56,802 nt of DNA, from contig PBIE01000044.1 in the NCBI GenBank assembly GCA_002720375.1, positions 1-56,802 of the forward strand, read 5' to 3'. How positions within the stretch are numbered: the first letter of the stretch is position 1; every line of letters starts with the position of its first letter. The stretch is from Crocinitomicaceae bacterium. Its GTDB lineage: Bacteria; Bacteroidota; Bacteroidia; Flavobacteriales_D; Sanyastnellaceae. This document shows, piece after piece, positions 33,234 to 42,824 of the stretch. A program made the position numbers and the translations under genes. Under the pieces are notes generated by a model. It was given only the letters and a program-made list of their open reading frames with translations, was not told the origin of the DNA and searched no databases.

Positions 33234-34085
33234 GTGCCGCACCTCCTCCTCAATGGACAATTGATCCCGGAATCCGCTGGATTGCCGGTTAAAAACCGGG
33301 GTTTCCTCTTTGCCGATGGCATTTTTGAGACCATCCGGATAGCCCACGGAACGCCCCTGTTTTTGGAGGACCACCACCAGCGCATGCGAGAGGGCCTCAA
33401 GGCGCACCGCATCCTTGCGCCTTTAGGGTTTACGCCTACCAGTATTCGCGAGGACATACAAACCCTACTCGATGCGGAGGGCATCACAGGCGGCGCGCGC
33501 GTGAGAATAACGCTTACTCGAAGCAGTGAAGGCTACTTCACACCCAAAGACAGTGCCCTTGACGTGATCATGGTCGCCTCTCCCCTTGAAACAGAGGAGT
33601 ACGTTCTCAATGAAAAAGGGTGGGCCACGGACATCTACCCTGAGATGAAGTGCACGCCAAATCAGTTGTCTCGGTACAAGAACATCGCGTCCAATCTTTA
33701 TGTACAAAGTGGCATTTGGGCAAAGAAAAATTCCCTAGATACGGCATTGATTCAAAACGACAGGATGGGAATAATCGAGGCAACGTCCTCGAACCTGTTT
33801 CTCGTCTCCAATGGCGTTCTCTACACGCCTGGACTGGACTCTGGAGCCACGGCTGGCGTGCTGAGAACACAGGTCATCAACCTGGCATTGTCATCTGGCA
33901 TGAAGGTCTATGAGTGCAACTTGACCCCCCAGAACCTATTGGTGGCCGATGAGGTATTCCTGACCAATGTGATTCAAGGACTTCGGTGGGTGGGCAGCTA
34001 CAGGACCAAGCGTTATTTCAATGGAGCCACAACCGACTTGGTGAACAGGCTCAACAAATTGGTAACCGACGAGAATCAAGCTTGA
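33234..34085 (+). CDS. Class IV aminotransferase-fold protein (aminodeoxychorismate lyase-like)
   Basis: A GTG at 33234, just after the gmhB-like stop, gives VPHLLLNGQLIP...NRGFLFADGIFETIR, typical of PabC/BCAT class IV. The longer ORF from 33126 would overlap gmhB. Confidence 0.7.
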   Translation: MPHLLLNGQLIPESAGLPVKNRGFLFADGIFETIRIAHGTPLFLEDHHQRMREGLKAHRILAPLGFTPTSIREDIQTLLDAEGITGGARVRITLTRSSEGYFTPKDSALDVIMVASPLETEEYVLNEKGWATDIYPEMKCTPNQLSRYKNIASNLYVQSGIWAKKNSLDTALIQNDRMGIIEATSSNLFLVSNGVLYTPGLDSGATAGVLRTQVINLALSSGMKVYECNLTPQNLLVADEVFLTNVIQGLRWVGSYRTKRYFNGATTDLVNRLNKLVTDENQA

Positions 34086-35074
34086 GCAGCCCTGGGGTCG
34101 ACCCACCGGTAGGCAGCATCCGTCATTGCATTCACGCAGACGAAGACGAAACTGACCACGAGTACACCACCCATAACCACAGGAAGGTCTTGCTGCTCCA
34201 GCGCATCAAACAGAAGAAACCCAAGGCCCTTCCAACCAAACACAAATTCGACGAAGACGGCGCCAGCCAGCAGTTGAGCCAACCATCCACTGGCAGAGGT
34301 CAGCACGGGATTCATTGCATTGCGCAGCACATGTCGTCGGAGCACTTCCCCATCCGAGGCCCCAAAAGCCCTTGCGGTTTTCACATGGGGCATGGCCAGC
34401 ACATCGCTTGCCGCCCCCCGGGTCAACTGCGCCAGGACCGCGAGTGGCCTAATGCCAAGGGTCAGCGCTGGAAGCACCAAATGGCGCCAGCGCATCACGC
34501 GCTGCCCTTGATCATTTAAATCCCAAAGGCTCCCGGTCAAGGGCAACCCTGTCCAACTCCCCCATTGCACAGCAAACAGGTAGCCGATGAGCACTGCCGC
34601 AAAGAAGCTTGGTGCACTCATCCCCAAAACGCTCCCCCCAACCACAATTCGATCAAAGAGACCCCCCGGATTCCGTGTGGCGAGCAGTCCCATGGGGATT
34701 CCCAACGACAGGGCAAGTATCAGTGACGTCAAAGCGAGTATGGCGGTTCCTGGAAAGGCGTTTGACAGCAACACCGAAACCGATTCCTGCCGGACAAAGC
34801 TCTCGCCTAAGGAGGGCATGCGGAGACCCCAGCCACCTTCCCTAGGGCCCACTGGACTCAACTGGGTCAAGGCGTTGAAGTATCGCTCATGCCAAGGCCT
34901 GTCTAAGCCAAATTTGATGCGCATATCCGCAATTAGCTCCGCATCAGCATGCTGTCCAGCCAATTGTCTTGCGGGATCGGGTATGGCCGTAAAAATGATA
35001 AAGACAAGGGTAAAGCTGCCCCAAAGCACCGCGAGCCCCCGAAGGCTCTTTTGCAGAAAATGAAGCCCCTTCAT
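34076..35074 (-). CDS. ABC transporter permease (DppB/OppB-type)
   Basis: 332 aa with about 6 TM helices. The loop TARAFGASDGEVLRRHVLRNAMNPVLT matches the binding-protein-dependent permease signature. No ATPase or binding-protein gene is adjacent. Confidence 0.85.
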   Translation of the reverse strand: MKGLHFLQKSLRGLAVLWGSFTLVFIIFTAIPDPARQLAGQHADAELIADMRIKFGLDRPWHERYFNALTQLSPVGPREGGWGLRMPSLGESFVRQESVSVLLSNAFPGTAILALTSLILALSLGIPMGLLATRNPGGLFDRIVVGGSVLGMSAPSFFAAVLIGYLFAVQWGSWTGLPLTGSLWDLNDQGQRVMRWRHLVLPALTLGIRPLAVLAQLTRGAASDVLAMPHVKTARAFGASDGEVLRRHVLRNAMNPVLTSASGWLAQLLAGAVFVEFVFGWKGLGFLLFDALEQQDLPVVMGGVLVVSFVFVCVNAMTDAAYRWVDPRAAQA

Positions 35075-35084
35075 TGCGTCAACT

Positions 35085-36458
35085 TCACTTCAACGCTTCA
35101 CTGCAATCCTTGGGAATATCTCGCCAAGCCCATTTGTCCAGAACCTCTCCATCTTTGACCAAAACGACACCGGGATTGCTTCGCACGATGATCTTGAGTT
35201 CCGTGGGATCCGTGGTAAAGAACGGATAGGAAACCCTGTGCGCCTCGGCGTATGCCTGGGCATCTTCTGCTGTGGCAGGGGTCAAGGCCCCGACACGCCA
35301 CCCTTTGGATTCAGCGTCCTCGAACAATGCGTTGAGTTCAGATTGTCTGCGGGCCTCTGAAGCTTCCAAATCCTTGGATACATGCCACAGCGTATACCCC
35401 TCTGAAAGCATTTCTGCGAGGTGACTTACCCCATCGGCATCGGTTATGTCCAAATCAAAAATGAGCGGTTCGTATCCATCGGAGACCTTGATTTCGACGG
35501 CATTGTCCCAATCCGCGTCGGGGAAGCGCGACTTGAACACGACGTCATCCCAAAGTTTTAAGGACATGTAGTCCGATTGCATGACCACCGTGTCCTGTCC
35601 TGTTGTAGAATTTGAAAACCGAACCTCCTTATCGAAAACTGGCGGCTCTAACCCGAGCTCATCTGCGGAAGCCATGTTCCGGTTGAGGTTCTCTCCCACG
35701 GCGTATGGGCGGTAATCTTTGACTGGCAAATGTTGCAAGGTGTAGACCTGAAAAGCGACTGCCACTGCGAGCACGCCTGCGGCCATGGCCCACTCTTTTC
35801 CTTCCCAATTCCAACGTCTGCGAACGCCCTCTGCTGCAGCGAGTCCACATGCCAAGAAGAGCGTGGGGAATCCCCATTCAAGCATGGCCTCTCCAAACGT
35901 CCAGGTCACCAGCAAGGCCGTTGCATACATCCATAGAGACCTTCTTCTTTCGTTCAAGGCGTAGCCATCAGTCCAAGCGCTGAGCAAAATGGGCAACAGC
36001 AATATGAGCAACACCAGGTCTTTAATGAAGCTTTCATGCGGCGTCAATGGAATGGCATTGCCGAAGCAACCACAGCTGAGAACGCATTGGTTGGGTATGA
36101 CCACCTCGATGCCGTTCTCAACGATGGTTTTACTGCCGAACGGATCGCAATGGTCAGTATACCAGGTCAACCACGTGAAGAACAGCATCAAAACCAGCGT
36201 CAGAGCCGTCGTTAAACGCGGAAACGCACCAACCAGAAGGGCCACCCCGAGCAGCACTTCTCCAATGCTGGCCAGCATTCCCAGTTCGAGCGCCCAAGGC
36301 GTCCAAGCCTCTAAATTGAGGGCGCCAGGCTCGAAGTATTCCTCGAGCTTGTACATGAAGCCAAGTGCGTCGTTAATCTTGATTAAGCCGGAAACGACAA
36401 ACAGCGCGCCGACAAGGACGCGGCAGACATTGGCAATGGAGAGCAGAAGTTGTCTCAT
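35085..36458 (-). CDS. DoxX-family membrane protein with C-terminal thioredoxin-fold-like domain (BT_3928-like)
   Basis: 457 aa. N-terminal DoxX-like helices (VLVGALFVVSGLIKINDALGF). The soluble C-terminal half ends ...NPGVVLVKDGEVLDKWAWRDIP and has no CxxC. Confidence 0.65.
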   Translation of the reverse strand: MRQLLLSIANVCRVLVGALFVVSGLIKINDALGFMYKLEEYFEPGALNLEAWTPWALELGMLASIGEVLLGVALLVGAFPRLTTALTLVLMLFFTWLTWYTDHCDPFGSKTIVENGIEVVIPNQCVLSCGCFGNAIPLTPHESFIKDLVLLILLLPILLSAWTDGYALNERRRSLWMYATALLVTWTFGEAMLEWGFPTLFLACGLAAAEGVRRRWNWEGKEWAMAAGVLAVAVAFQVYTLQHLPVKDYRPYAVGENLNRNMASADELGLEPPVFDKEVRFSNSTTGQDTVVMQSDYMSLKLWDDVVFKSRFPDADWDNAVEIKVSDGYEPLIFDLDITDADGVSHLAEMLSEGYTLWHVSKDLEASEARRQSELNALFEDAESKGWRVGALTPATAEDAQAYAEAHRVSYPFFTTDPTELKIIVRSNPGVVLVKDGEVLDKWAWRDIPKDCSEALK

Positions 36459-36531
36459 GGCATAGATTCTCTCCCGAAATTTCGCTCCGAATTCGAAACG
36501 GTTGGGCCTTCCTTAACGGGGGATTAACACG

Positions 36532-37125
36532 TCAGGTGGTGGATTGCCCTGAAGCGATATGAATCAATGCAAACAGGGCATAGTTGGCCATGTCCATGTA
36601 ACCTGCATCGGCACCCTCACTGACCTTGGCACCGCCTTCTAAATCCTCGAGTTGCTTGATGCGAAGCAACTTCATCAAAATGAGGTCAGTTAGGCTCGAA
36701 ATCCTCATATCCCGCCAAGCTTCCCCGTAATCGTGGTTTTTCCGAAGCATCAGCGCCCTGGTCCTGTCCAACATACCCGCAAACAGTCTTTCCGCTTGTT
36801 TAGGCTCCAGCTCCATGGGCGTGTCTTCTGGCAACTCAATTTGAAGCAGCGCCATCATGCAATAGTTCACGATACCCATGAATTCAGGCTGAATCCCTTC
36901 CTCCACCTTTCGTTCCCGTCCTTCTTGTAAGGTTCGAATTCGCTGGGCTTTGATGAAAATCTGGTCTGTCAGTGAGCTCGGGCGAAGGATGCGCCAAGCG
37001 GTTCCGTAATCGTGCATTTTGTCCAAGAAAAGCGCAGCACAAATTGCCACTTGGGCGTCATATTGCTCTAGCGTCTTCGCCGGGATTCCAGAAGGATCTC
37101 CCTGATGGACTTGCGTTCCACTCAT
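36532..37125 (-). CDS. DUF1599 domain protein
   Basis: Internal duplication KMHDYGTAWRILRPSSLTDQIFIKAQRIRTLQE / KNHDYGEAWRDMRISSLTDLILMKLLRIKQLED. ATG 37125 leaves a 118-nt divergent gap to folP. The track ORF extends to 37317. Confidence 0.75.
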   Translation of the reverse strand: MSGTQVHQGDPSGIPAKTLEQYDAQVAICAALFLDKMHDYGTAWRILRPSSLTDQIFIKAQRIRTLQEGRERKVEEGIQPEFMGIVNYCMMALLQIELPEDTPMELEPKQAERLFAGMLDRTRALMLRKNHDYGEAWRDMRISSLTDLILMKLLRIKQLEDLEGGAKVSEGADAGYMDMANYALFALIHIASGQSTT

Positions 37126-37243
37126 GGTTGCAAGGTCCAATGCATCTGCGTGGATTCGAAACGATCTTTCCCCCACCTCGGCAGTCTTTTCCCACAGGTT
37201 CGCCAATGTTCCTCCACCAAGCGTCACCTTGCGCCTTTCTGCC

Positions 37244-38098
37244 ATGACACCATCTGGACTTTTAATTCGCGACCAGCGACTCGGTGCGGACGTTCCCCGG
37301 GTCATGGGCGTCCTCAATGCAACACCTGACTCATTTCATACCGGAAGCAGAGTAACAAATGACGCGGTAGCGAAATACGCCTGTGACATGGTCTCGCAAG
37401 GGGCTTCCCTGCTCGACCTCGGCGGGCAAAGTAGCCGCCCGGGTGCAGTTCTCGTTGGAGCACAGGAGGAATGGCGCAGAATACAACCGGCTCTGGAGGC
37501 GATTCGAACGGCCCTACCAGATGTCCCCATCAGCATTGACACCTTTCATTCAGACGTCGCCAGAAAGGCCATTGAATGCGGCGCCGATATGGTCAACGAC
37601 ATCTCTGCGGGCACCTTGGACCCCGAACTCCCACTGGTAGTTGCTGAATGCGGCGTGCCTTATGCCATCATGCACATGAAAGGCCTGCCGGAGACAATGC
37701 AAGACCGCCCCAACTATGGAAATGTCGTGAAAGAAGTCTATGGCTACCTCGAAGAACGCTGTGAGGAGTTTCGAGAACTCGGTATACGCCAACTCATGGT
37801 TGACCCGGGCTTCGGATTTGGGAAGCATATAAAACACAATTACCAACTCCTCCAACATCTTTCAGTCTTTGCTGAATTGGGGCATCCGGTTCTGGCAGGA
37901 GTGAGCCGGAAGTCCATGATTCACAAGGTGCTGGACTGCACTTCAGCAGAAGCATTGAACGGCACAACAGCCTTGCATGCATGGGCACTAGAAAGAGGGG
38001 TACACTGGCTTCGGGTACACGATGTTCGTCCCGCTGTGGAATGCATCCGCCTTCACCAATACCTTCGGGCTGCCGCTTCTGAATGGAACGATGATTGA
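37244..38098 (+). CDS. folP: Dihydropteroate synthase
   Basis: ATG 37244 (MTPSGLL...). Motifs VMGVLNATPDSF, LLDLGGQSSRPGA, ISIDTFHSDVA, MVNDISAG, DPGFGFGK, and GVSRKSMI. Confidence 0.9.
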   Translation: MTPSGLLIRDQRLGADVPRVMGVLNATPDSFHTGSRVTNDAVAKYACDMVSQGASLLDLGGQSSRPGAVLVGAQEEWRRIQPALEAIRTALPDVPISIDTFHSDVARKAIECGADMVNDISAGTLDPELPLVVAECGVPYAIMHMKGLPETMQDRPNYGNVVKEVYGYLEERCEEFRELGIRQLMVDPGFGFGKHIKHNYQLLQHLSVFAELGHPVLAGVSRKSMIHKVLDCTSAEALNGTTALHAWALERGVHWLRVHDVRPAVECIRLHQYLRAAASEWNDD

Positions 38099-38900
38099 AC
38101 AACCCGCACTTCAGCTTGGCCTCTGGCAGGTCTTGGACATTGTTGCCGTGGCACTCATCCTGTACCAGCTGTATCGCCTGACCCGCGGCACAGCGGCGAT
38201 TCGAATTTTTCTTGGGGTCTTGGCCATCTATCTCGTTTACCAAATTGTCGATGCACTGCAGATGCGCATGCTCGCAGAGATTCTGGGCCAATTCATTGGT
38301 GTTGGGGTCATCGCCCTGCTCATTGTTTTCCAGCAAGAACTCCGGCAATTCCTTTTGCTGATCGGAAACCGGCAATTTGTGCGTTCAGCTCCACCTTGGA
38401 TTCAAAAGTGGTTTGGTCGCCAAAACGATGGGAACGGACGCCCATCCCAGTGGACCGAACTTAAAAAAGGCCTAGAAGAGTGCCGCCGGCGCCGACTCGG
38501 GGCATTGGTGGTCATTCCCAGGGAGGCCGACCCAGGCCCCATTGCTACAGGATGGGTTCCCATCGACGCAGAAGTCTCAGCCAGTCTGATGGTGTCCCTA
38601 TTCGAGAAGGCTAGCCCCCTCCACGATGGCGCGGTCTGCATCGACAGACAGCGCATTCGGTGGGCATCAGGCATTCTTCCTGTTTCAGGTAGAATGGATC
38701 TTCCGGCTCGATGTGGCACACGCCATCGAGCAGCCGTGGGAATCTCTGAGCAAACCGACGCCTTGGTTGTTGTTGTCAGTGAAGAAACTGGCGCCCTCTC
38801 GATAGTTGAAGAAGGACGGCTGCAACAAGGCATCCCATTCGACGCATTGGAACGGCGTCTAGAAGATGCTATCTCCTCAACAGGCTCCGCTAATCCCTGA
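38091..38900 (+). CDS. cdaA: Diadenylate cyclase CdaA (c-di-AMP synthase, DisA_N domain)
   Basis: ATG 38091 overlaps the folP stop (ATGATTGA). Three N-terminal TM helices. Motifs GALVVIPRE, PLHDGAVCID, and GTRHRAAVGISEQTDALVVVVSEETGALS. Confidence 0.9.
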   Translation: MIEQPALQLGLWQVLDIVAVALILYQLYRLTRGTAAIRIFLGVLAIYLVYQIVDALQMRMLAEILGQFIGVGVIALLIVFQQELRQFLLLIGNRQFVRSAPPWIQKWFGRQNDGNGRPSQWTELKKGLEECRRRRLGALVVIPREADPGPIATGWVPIDAEVSASLMVSLFEKASPLHDGAVCIDRQRIRWASGILPVSGRMDLPARCGTRHRAAVGISEQTDALVVVVSEETGALSIVEEGRLQQGIPFDALERRLEDAISSTGSANP

Positions 38901-38907
38901 TCGAATC

Positions 38908-40332
38908 TCAATAGGTAGAAAATACCTGTGAGTATCCAGAGGCCGTCTTTAATATATACGTTCCAGAAGACCACCCTTCCGTCAGAAAGGTGGACCAACC
39001 CGATGACGACAACGGCCATGTGGCCCGATGGCGCCCCATCAAATCATACACCATGGCCTGGGTGCGACAATTGGATTGAATTTGGACCCTTGCTTCCAAA
39101 ACCCGTATATCAATTTGAGGCAACGGTTGTGGATCGCGTTCTACTGCGTCAACCCACCCGGAAGGACGAACCACAAACATGTGGCTCCGGGTGCTGATGG
39201 CGATGTTGCCACTTTCGAAATAGGGATAAACAGACCAAGCACCACCCGATGTACCTGTCTGATCCAAAAACGGGTTGGTGTCGAAAGAGGAGGACAATAC
39301 GAGTTCAGCTGACGCCGCATCTACAATGTCAAACACATGGATGCCAGCATAATAGTTTGCTGCATAGACCTTGTCTTCTTTGGTGTACAAATTGTGGTCC
39401 GTGACCTCAACTGTACCCTCGTGAAAGCCCACGACGAATGGTGAATCGAGGTCCTCAACGTTCAACACCCAAGTTCTCGTTGTAGCTGCAATTCCCGAGG
39501 TCTCATCCATTTCATCGTTCATGAAAATGAACCGTTGATCCTCGGTCAACCAGCCTTGATGAACATAAACCCATTGCGAATCAGCGAGGGCAGACACAGT
39601 TTGCATGTCTGTCTTGTCCTCTACATCCACAACGTGAAATCCGCTGTATCCAGTAAAAGCAAACGCAATCTCCTTTCCAGCATAATCAATGTCGGGACCT
39701 GAGTAAACGACAACCTGAGCATCGTGAACATCTTGCTCAGACCACGAGCCTACGAGGTTTGGATTGAAGGGATCATTGCAATCAACGGCAAAAAGTCCAC
39801 CGTTGAAAAACTCGGTCCCCACGGCATAGACAAATCCAGTCTCCGGGTTGGCGACCACATTGTGGGCACTACCAAATCCGTCGTAATGCGCCGTGGGCTC
39901 CAATATCGACCCGGGCTCTGTGCTAACAATCTCATTGAGGTCCACAATTTGCATCCCGTGTGAATCTGCTTCACTCACTATAAATGCCACATCCCCAATC
40001 ACTTTGATGTCCCGCCATAAACTGGATATGCTCGCAGTGGGCACATTCGCAACCAGCACAGGATTCACCGGGTCTGTTATTTCCACAATGGATGTACCGT
40101 CGCTTCTCCCGAACAGAACAAACTCCCGACCCTCATAAGTCCAACCCCAGCAATCGTTGCCATCGCCTGAGGAATCACCGCCCAACTCTTCCAAACTTCG
40201 AACACTCATCAAGTCCATTCCAAGACATGGGTACTGGCCAGCAATCCCATTTTCGCACGGAGTCTGGGCCCCCAATTGACTGGCTAAAATGAAGACAAGT
40301 ATGGCTGTCCAAGCACCCCATTTAACCGACAT
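38908..40332 (-). CDS. Choice-of-anchor B / LVIVD-repeat beta-propeller protein with T9SS C-terminal domain
   Basis: ATG 40332 gives the signal peptide MSVKWGAWTAILVFILASQLGAQ. Motifs PCENGIAGQYPCLGMDLMS...GNDCWGWT..REFVLFGRSDGTSIVEITDPVNPV...LWRDIKVIGDVAFIVSEADSHGMQIVDL. C-terminus MVYDLMGR...GTYILKTASG. Confidence 0.82.
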   Translation of the reverse strand: MSVKWGAWTAILVFILASQLGAQTPCENGIAGQYPCLGMDLMSVRSLEELGGDSSGDGNDCWGWTYEGREFVLFGRSDGTSIVEITDPVNPVLVANVPTASISSLWRDIKVIGDVAFIVSEADSHGMQIVDLNEIVSTEPGSILEPTAHYDGFGSAHNVVANPETGFVYAVGTEFFNGGLFAVDCNDPFNPNLVGSWSEQDVHDAQVVVYSGPDIDYAGKEIAFAFTGYSGFHVVDVEDKTDMQTVSALADSQWVYVHQGWLTEDQRFIFMNDEMDETSGIAATTRTWVLNVEDLDSPFVVGFHEGTVEVTDHNLYTKEDKVYAANYYAGIHVFDIVDAASAELVLSSSFDTNPFLDQTGTSGGAWSVYPYFESGNIAISTRSHMFVVRPSGWVDAVERDPQPLPQIDIRVLEARVQIQSNCRTQAMVYDLMGRHRATWPLSSSGWSTFLTEGWSSGTYILKTASGYSQVFSTY

Positions 40333-40336
40333 TCGA

Positions 40337-40609
40337 CTACCAATCCGCAGAACGCTCTTCAAAACTGGCCAGCGATATGTATTCGTCATTTTGAATGTCT
40401 TGAAGAGAATGAAGGAGGCGTCCCAGAAAATTTTGCTTCAGGACTGGGCGACCATTGGATCTGTAACCGATGACCAGTTGGCTTGCCCGAAGAGATTCTT
40501 GAACCCCAGATATGGCGACTTCAATCGCTTCCAAATCTTCTGCCCGCTCAACTGCCAAAATGGCCTCTATTATGGAGCACTTTCGCGCTGCCGCTTCTTC
40601 TTTTGTCAC
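40337..40609 (-). CDS. Possible small hypothetical protein (90 aa)
   Basis: The only same-strand ORF in the 310-nt gap between two minus-strand genes: MTKEEAAARKCSIIEAILAVERAEDLEAIE.... No family recognised. Confidence 0.3.
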   Translation of the reverse strand: MTKEEAAARKCSIIEAILAVERAEDLEAIEVAISGVQESLRASQLVIGYRSNGRPVLKQNFLGRLLHSLQDIQNDEYISLASFEERSADW

Positions 40610-40642
40610 TTGATGAAATGTCTGAGTTGACCGTGAAAAGCT

Positions 40643-42745
40643 TCAGTTTACTCGTGGTAAAAGACCAAACGATGCATCGTAATCCAGCATCTGGCTGGTA
40701 AAATCATCCGGGTATGTGAGGGTCACGTCCAAAATGACACCAGCAGTGTCAGTGGTGGCCACAAGTTTAGGATTGATAAATCCCCCATAAGGAGCAATCC
40801 CAAGGGCCTCTGCGCGACTCAAAACTTGCGCGTGAACTGCAGGGTCCACCTTCACCCCGTAGCCTTCTACTAAAGCCTTGGCTGCCTCATAATCTCCTTG
40901 TGACTTGATGCGCTGTACCTCGCGCAGCAATTCCCCGAAGAGCTCGCGTACACGGTCATAATCCTCGATGTTGTAATAGGTTTTGCCCTCCCGATTGATT
41001 TCTCGGATGCAGTTGTCTTTGGCAGCCTGCTCGACCACCCAATGACTCACCCATGCGCGATTCCGCATGTGTGCCTCTTCAATGTCGTCTCCAATCTTCA
41101 AGCGACGCAACTGCATCAGCATTCCGTTGCGGATATAACTGTCGTATTCACACCGCCCAGTCTCGAGATTTTTGATGAGACCAAGCTCAATCAGCTTCTC
41201 GTCCAACATGAAATACAGTGCAACCAAATCTGCCCGGCCCTCCTCTAAAGTGCTGGCGTATTCCTTGATGGTGCTGGCTGGTTCGCCAACACCGGGTTCA
41301 AGCTGGCCGCTCGCATGTCCTATCACCTCGTGAAACGCCGTGTGGATCTTCCCTGCGAGGTTTCCATGGGACTTGTATCTGCTTTTTTCTACATCATCGA
41401 AGGCGAATTCATCGGTAAGGCCTCCCCCACCGGCTTTGTCATAGGCATCGATGATGTTCCCGAGGCTCACGCTCTTTGAGCCGTGCGTGGTCCGAATCCA
41501 ATTGGCGTTGGGGAGGTTGACACCAATAGGGGTGCTCGGGGACGCATCGCCTGCCTCTCCCACAACATTGACTACGTTGTAGGTGATTCCCACGACCTCC
41601 TTTTTACGGTGCGCATCCATGAACGGCATGTGGTCCTCGAACCACTGCGCGTTATCCATCATCACTGCCATTCGCTCAGAGGCTTCGAAGTCCTTGATCT
41701 GAACCACGGTTTCATAGCTTCCTGTGTAGCCCAGAGGATCGTTGTAGACCTCCACAAATCCGTTGATGTAGTCAATGTCTCCCTCAGTGTCTCTCACCCA
41801 ATTAATGTTGTACAGGCTCCACTTTTCGAGGTCTCCGGTCCGATAATAATCCACCAGATGGCGGAGCGCTGCTTCCTGCTTTTCATTTTCGGCGTATTCC
41901 TGAGCCTGCTCGAGCCAGTAGCACACCTGCTCGAGGGCTTCTCCATAAAGACCGCCCACCTTGTAAACTTCCTCTACAACGGATCCATCCTCGGCCTTGA
42001 CCAATCGGCTGTTCAGTCCTTTTTCCACCGGATTGTTTCGATTCAACTCATAAGCATCGAAATAAGCCTGGGCCTCCTCTGTGGTCACATTTGGCCCATA
42101 GAAATTGACCGCGCTGGCTTCCACAAGGCCTTTGGCTGCGTCCAATTCAACTTTCTTGCTTTCTCTGGCTGGGTCATACAGAGCGTCCAACGCCTCAACA
42201 AGATCCTCCTCGATTTGGATGCCACTCTCTGTCAAGACGTGCTCGAAATAGGTTCGGCTGCAGTCCGGCACAATCTTGGAGTTAGAGTAATGGTGGTGAA
42301 TTCCATTTGAAAACCAGACCCGCTTTGCGAAAGTGTGAAAACGCTGCCAACCCTTGGTGTTTCTGTCCCCATCGAAGTGAAGGTGGGCTTCATCAATCAT
42401 GTGGCGCACCCGCAGATTGTACCGGTTGTTCTGGTCGTACATGATGTCTCGACCGCACAGCCCAGCCTGGGTCAAGCAATACGCCAGCTTCTTCTGTTCA
42501 GATCTCAGTTGATTCCATCCTGGAACTTGGTACCGAATCAACTTCAAATCCGCAAATTGCTCGGTCTTCCAAACAAACCCTTGAGCGTCTGGCTCACCCG
42601 ACGTCGAATCAAGGCTTACGCCTGGCTCACCATCCTCACCGAGGTTGGGTCCAGATGAAGCACAGCCAAAACAAAACATGACTGCGGTCAAAAAAGGGAT
42701 GGTGCGGGCATAAATCATGCCTGCGATGTGGGAATTCTTGTGCAT
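40643..42745 (-). CDS. M49-family dipeptidyl-peptidase III-like zinc metallopeptidase (lipoprotein)
   Basis: 700 aa. Lipobox MFCFGCASS. Zinc motifs FHEVIGHASGQ (HExxGH) and LEEGRADLVALY (EExxAD-type). Confidence 0.88.
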   Translation of the reverse strand: MHKNSHIAGMIYARTIPFLTAVMFCFGCASSGPNLGEDGEPGVSLDSTSGEPDAQGFVWKTEQFADLKLIRYQVPGWNQLRSEQKKLAYCLTQAGLCGRDIMYDQNNRYNLRVRHMIDEAHLHFDGDRNTKGWQRFHTFAKRVWFSNGIHHHYSNSKIVPDCSRTYFEHVLTESGIQIEEDLVEALDALYDPARESKKVELDAAKGLVEASAVNFYGPNVTTEEAQAYFDAYELNRNNPVEKGLNSRLVKAEDGSVVEEVYKVGGLYGEALEQVCYWLEQAQEYAENEKQEAALRHLVDYYRTGDLEKWSLYNINWVRDTEGDIDYINGFVEVYNDPLGYTGSYETVVQIKDFEASERMAVMMDNAQWFEDHMPFMDAHRKKEVVGITYNVVNVVGEAGDASPSTPIGVNLPNANWIRTTHGSKSVSLGNIIDAYDKAGGGGLTDEFAFDDVEKSRYKSHGNLAGKIHTAFHEVIGHASGQLEPGVGEPASTIKEYASTLEEGRADLVALYFMLDEKLIELGLIKNLETGRCEYDSYIRNGMLMQLRRLKIGDDIEEAHMRNRAWVSHWVVEQAAKDNCIREINREGKTYYNIEDYDRVRELFGELLREVQRIKSQGDYEAAKALVEGYGVKVDPAVHAQVLSRAEALGIAPYGGFINPKLVATTDTAGVILDVTLTYPDDFTSQMLDYDASFGLLPRVN

Positions 42746-42824
42746 TTCAAGACGGTTCGAGCCCGAAAAGTAGGCAATCTTACACCGGCACTTGTTTTAA
42801 CGGCCAAACCGAGAACACCCAGCT

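Noticed and set aside
41483-42310. 275-aa plus-strand ORF inside the M49 peptidase gene
   Set aside because: It is antisense to a gene with clear HExxGH/EExxAD motifs and has no recognisable motifs of its own. The same reasoning applies to 53177-53899 (antisense to argS), 45582-46277, 48351-49031, 37794-38375, 38402-39019 and 475-1218.
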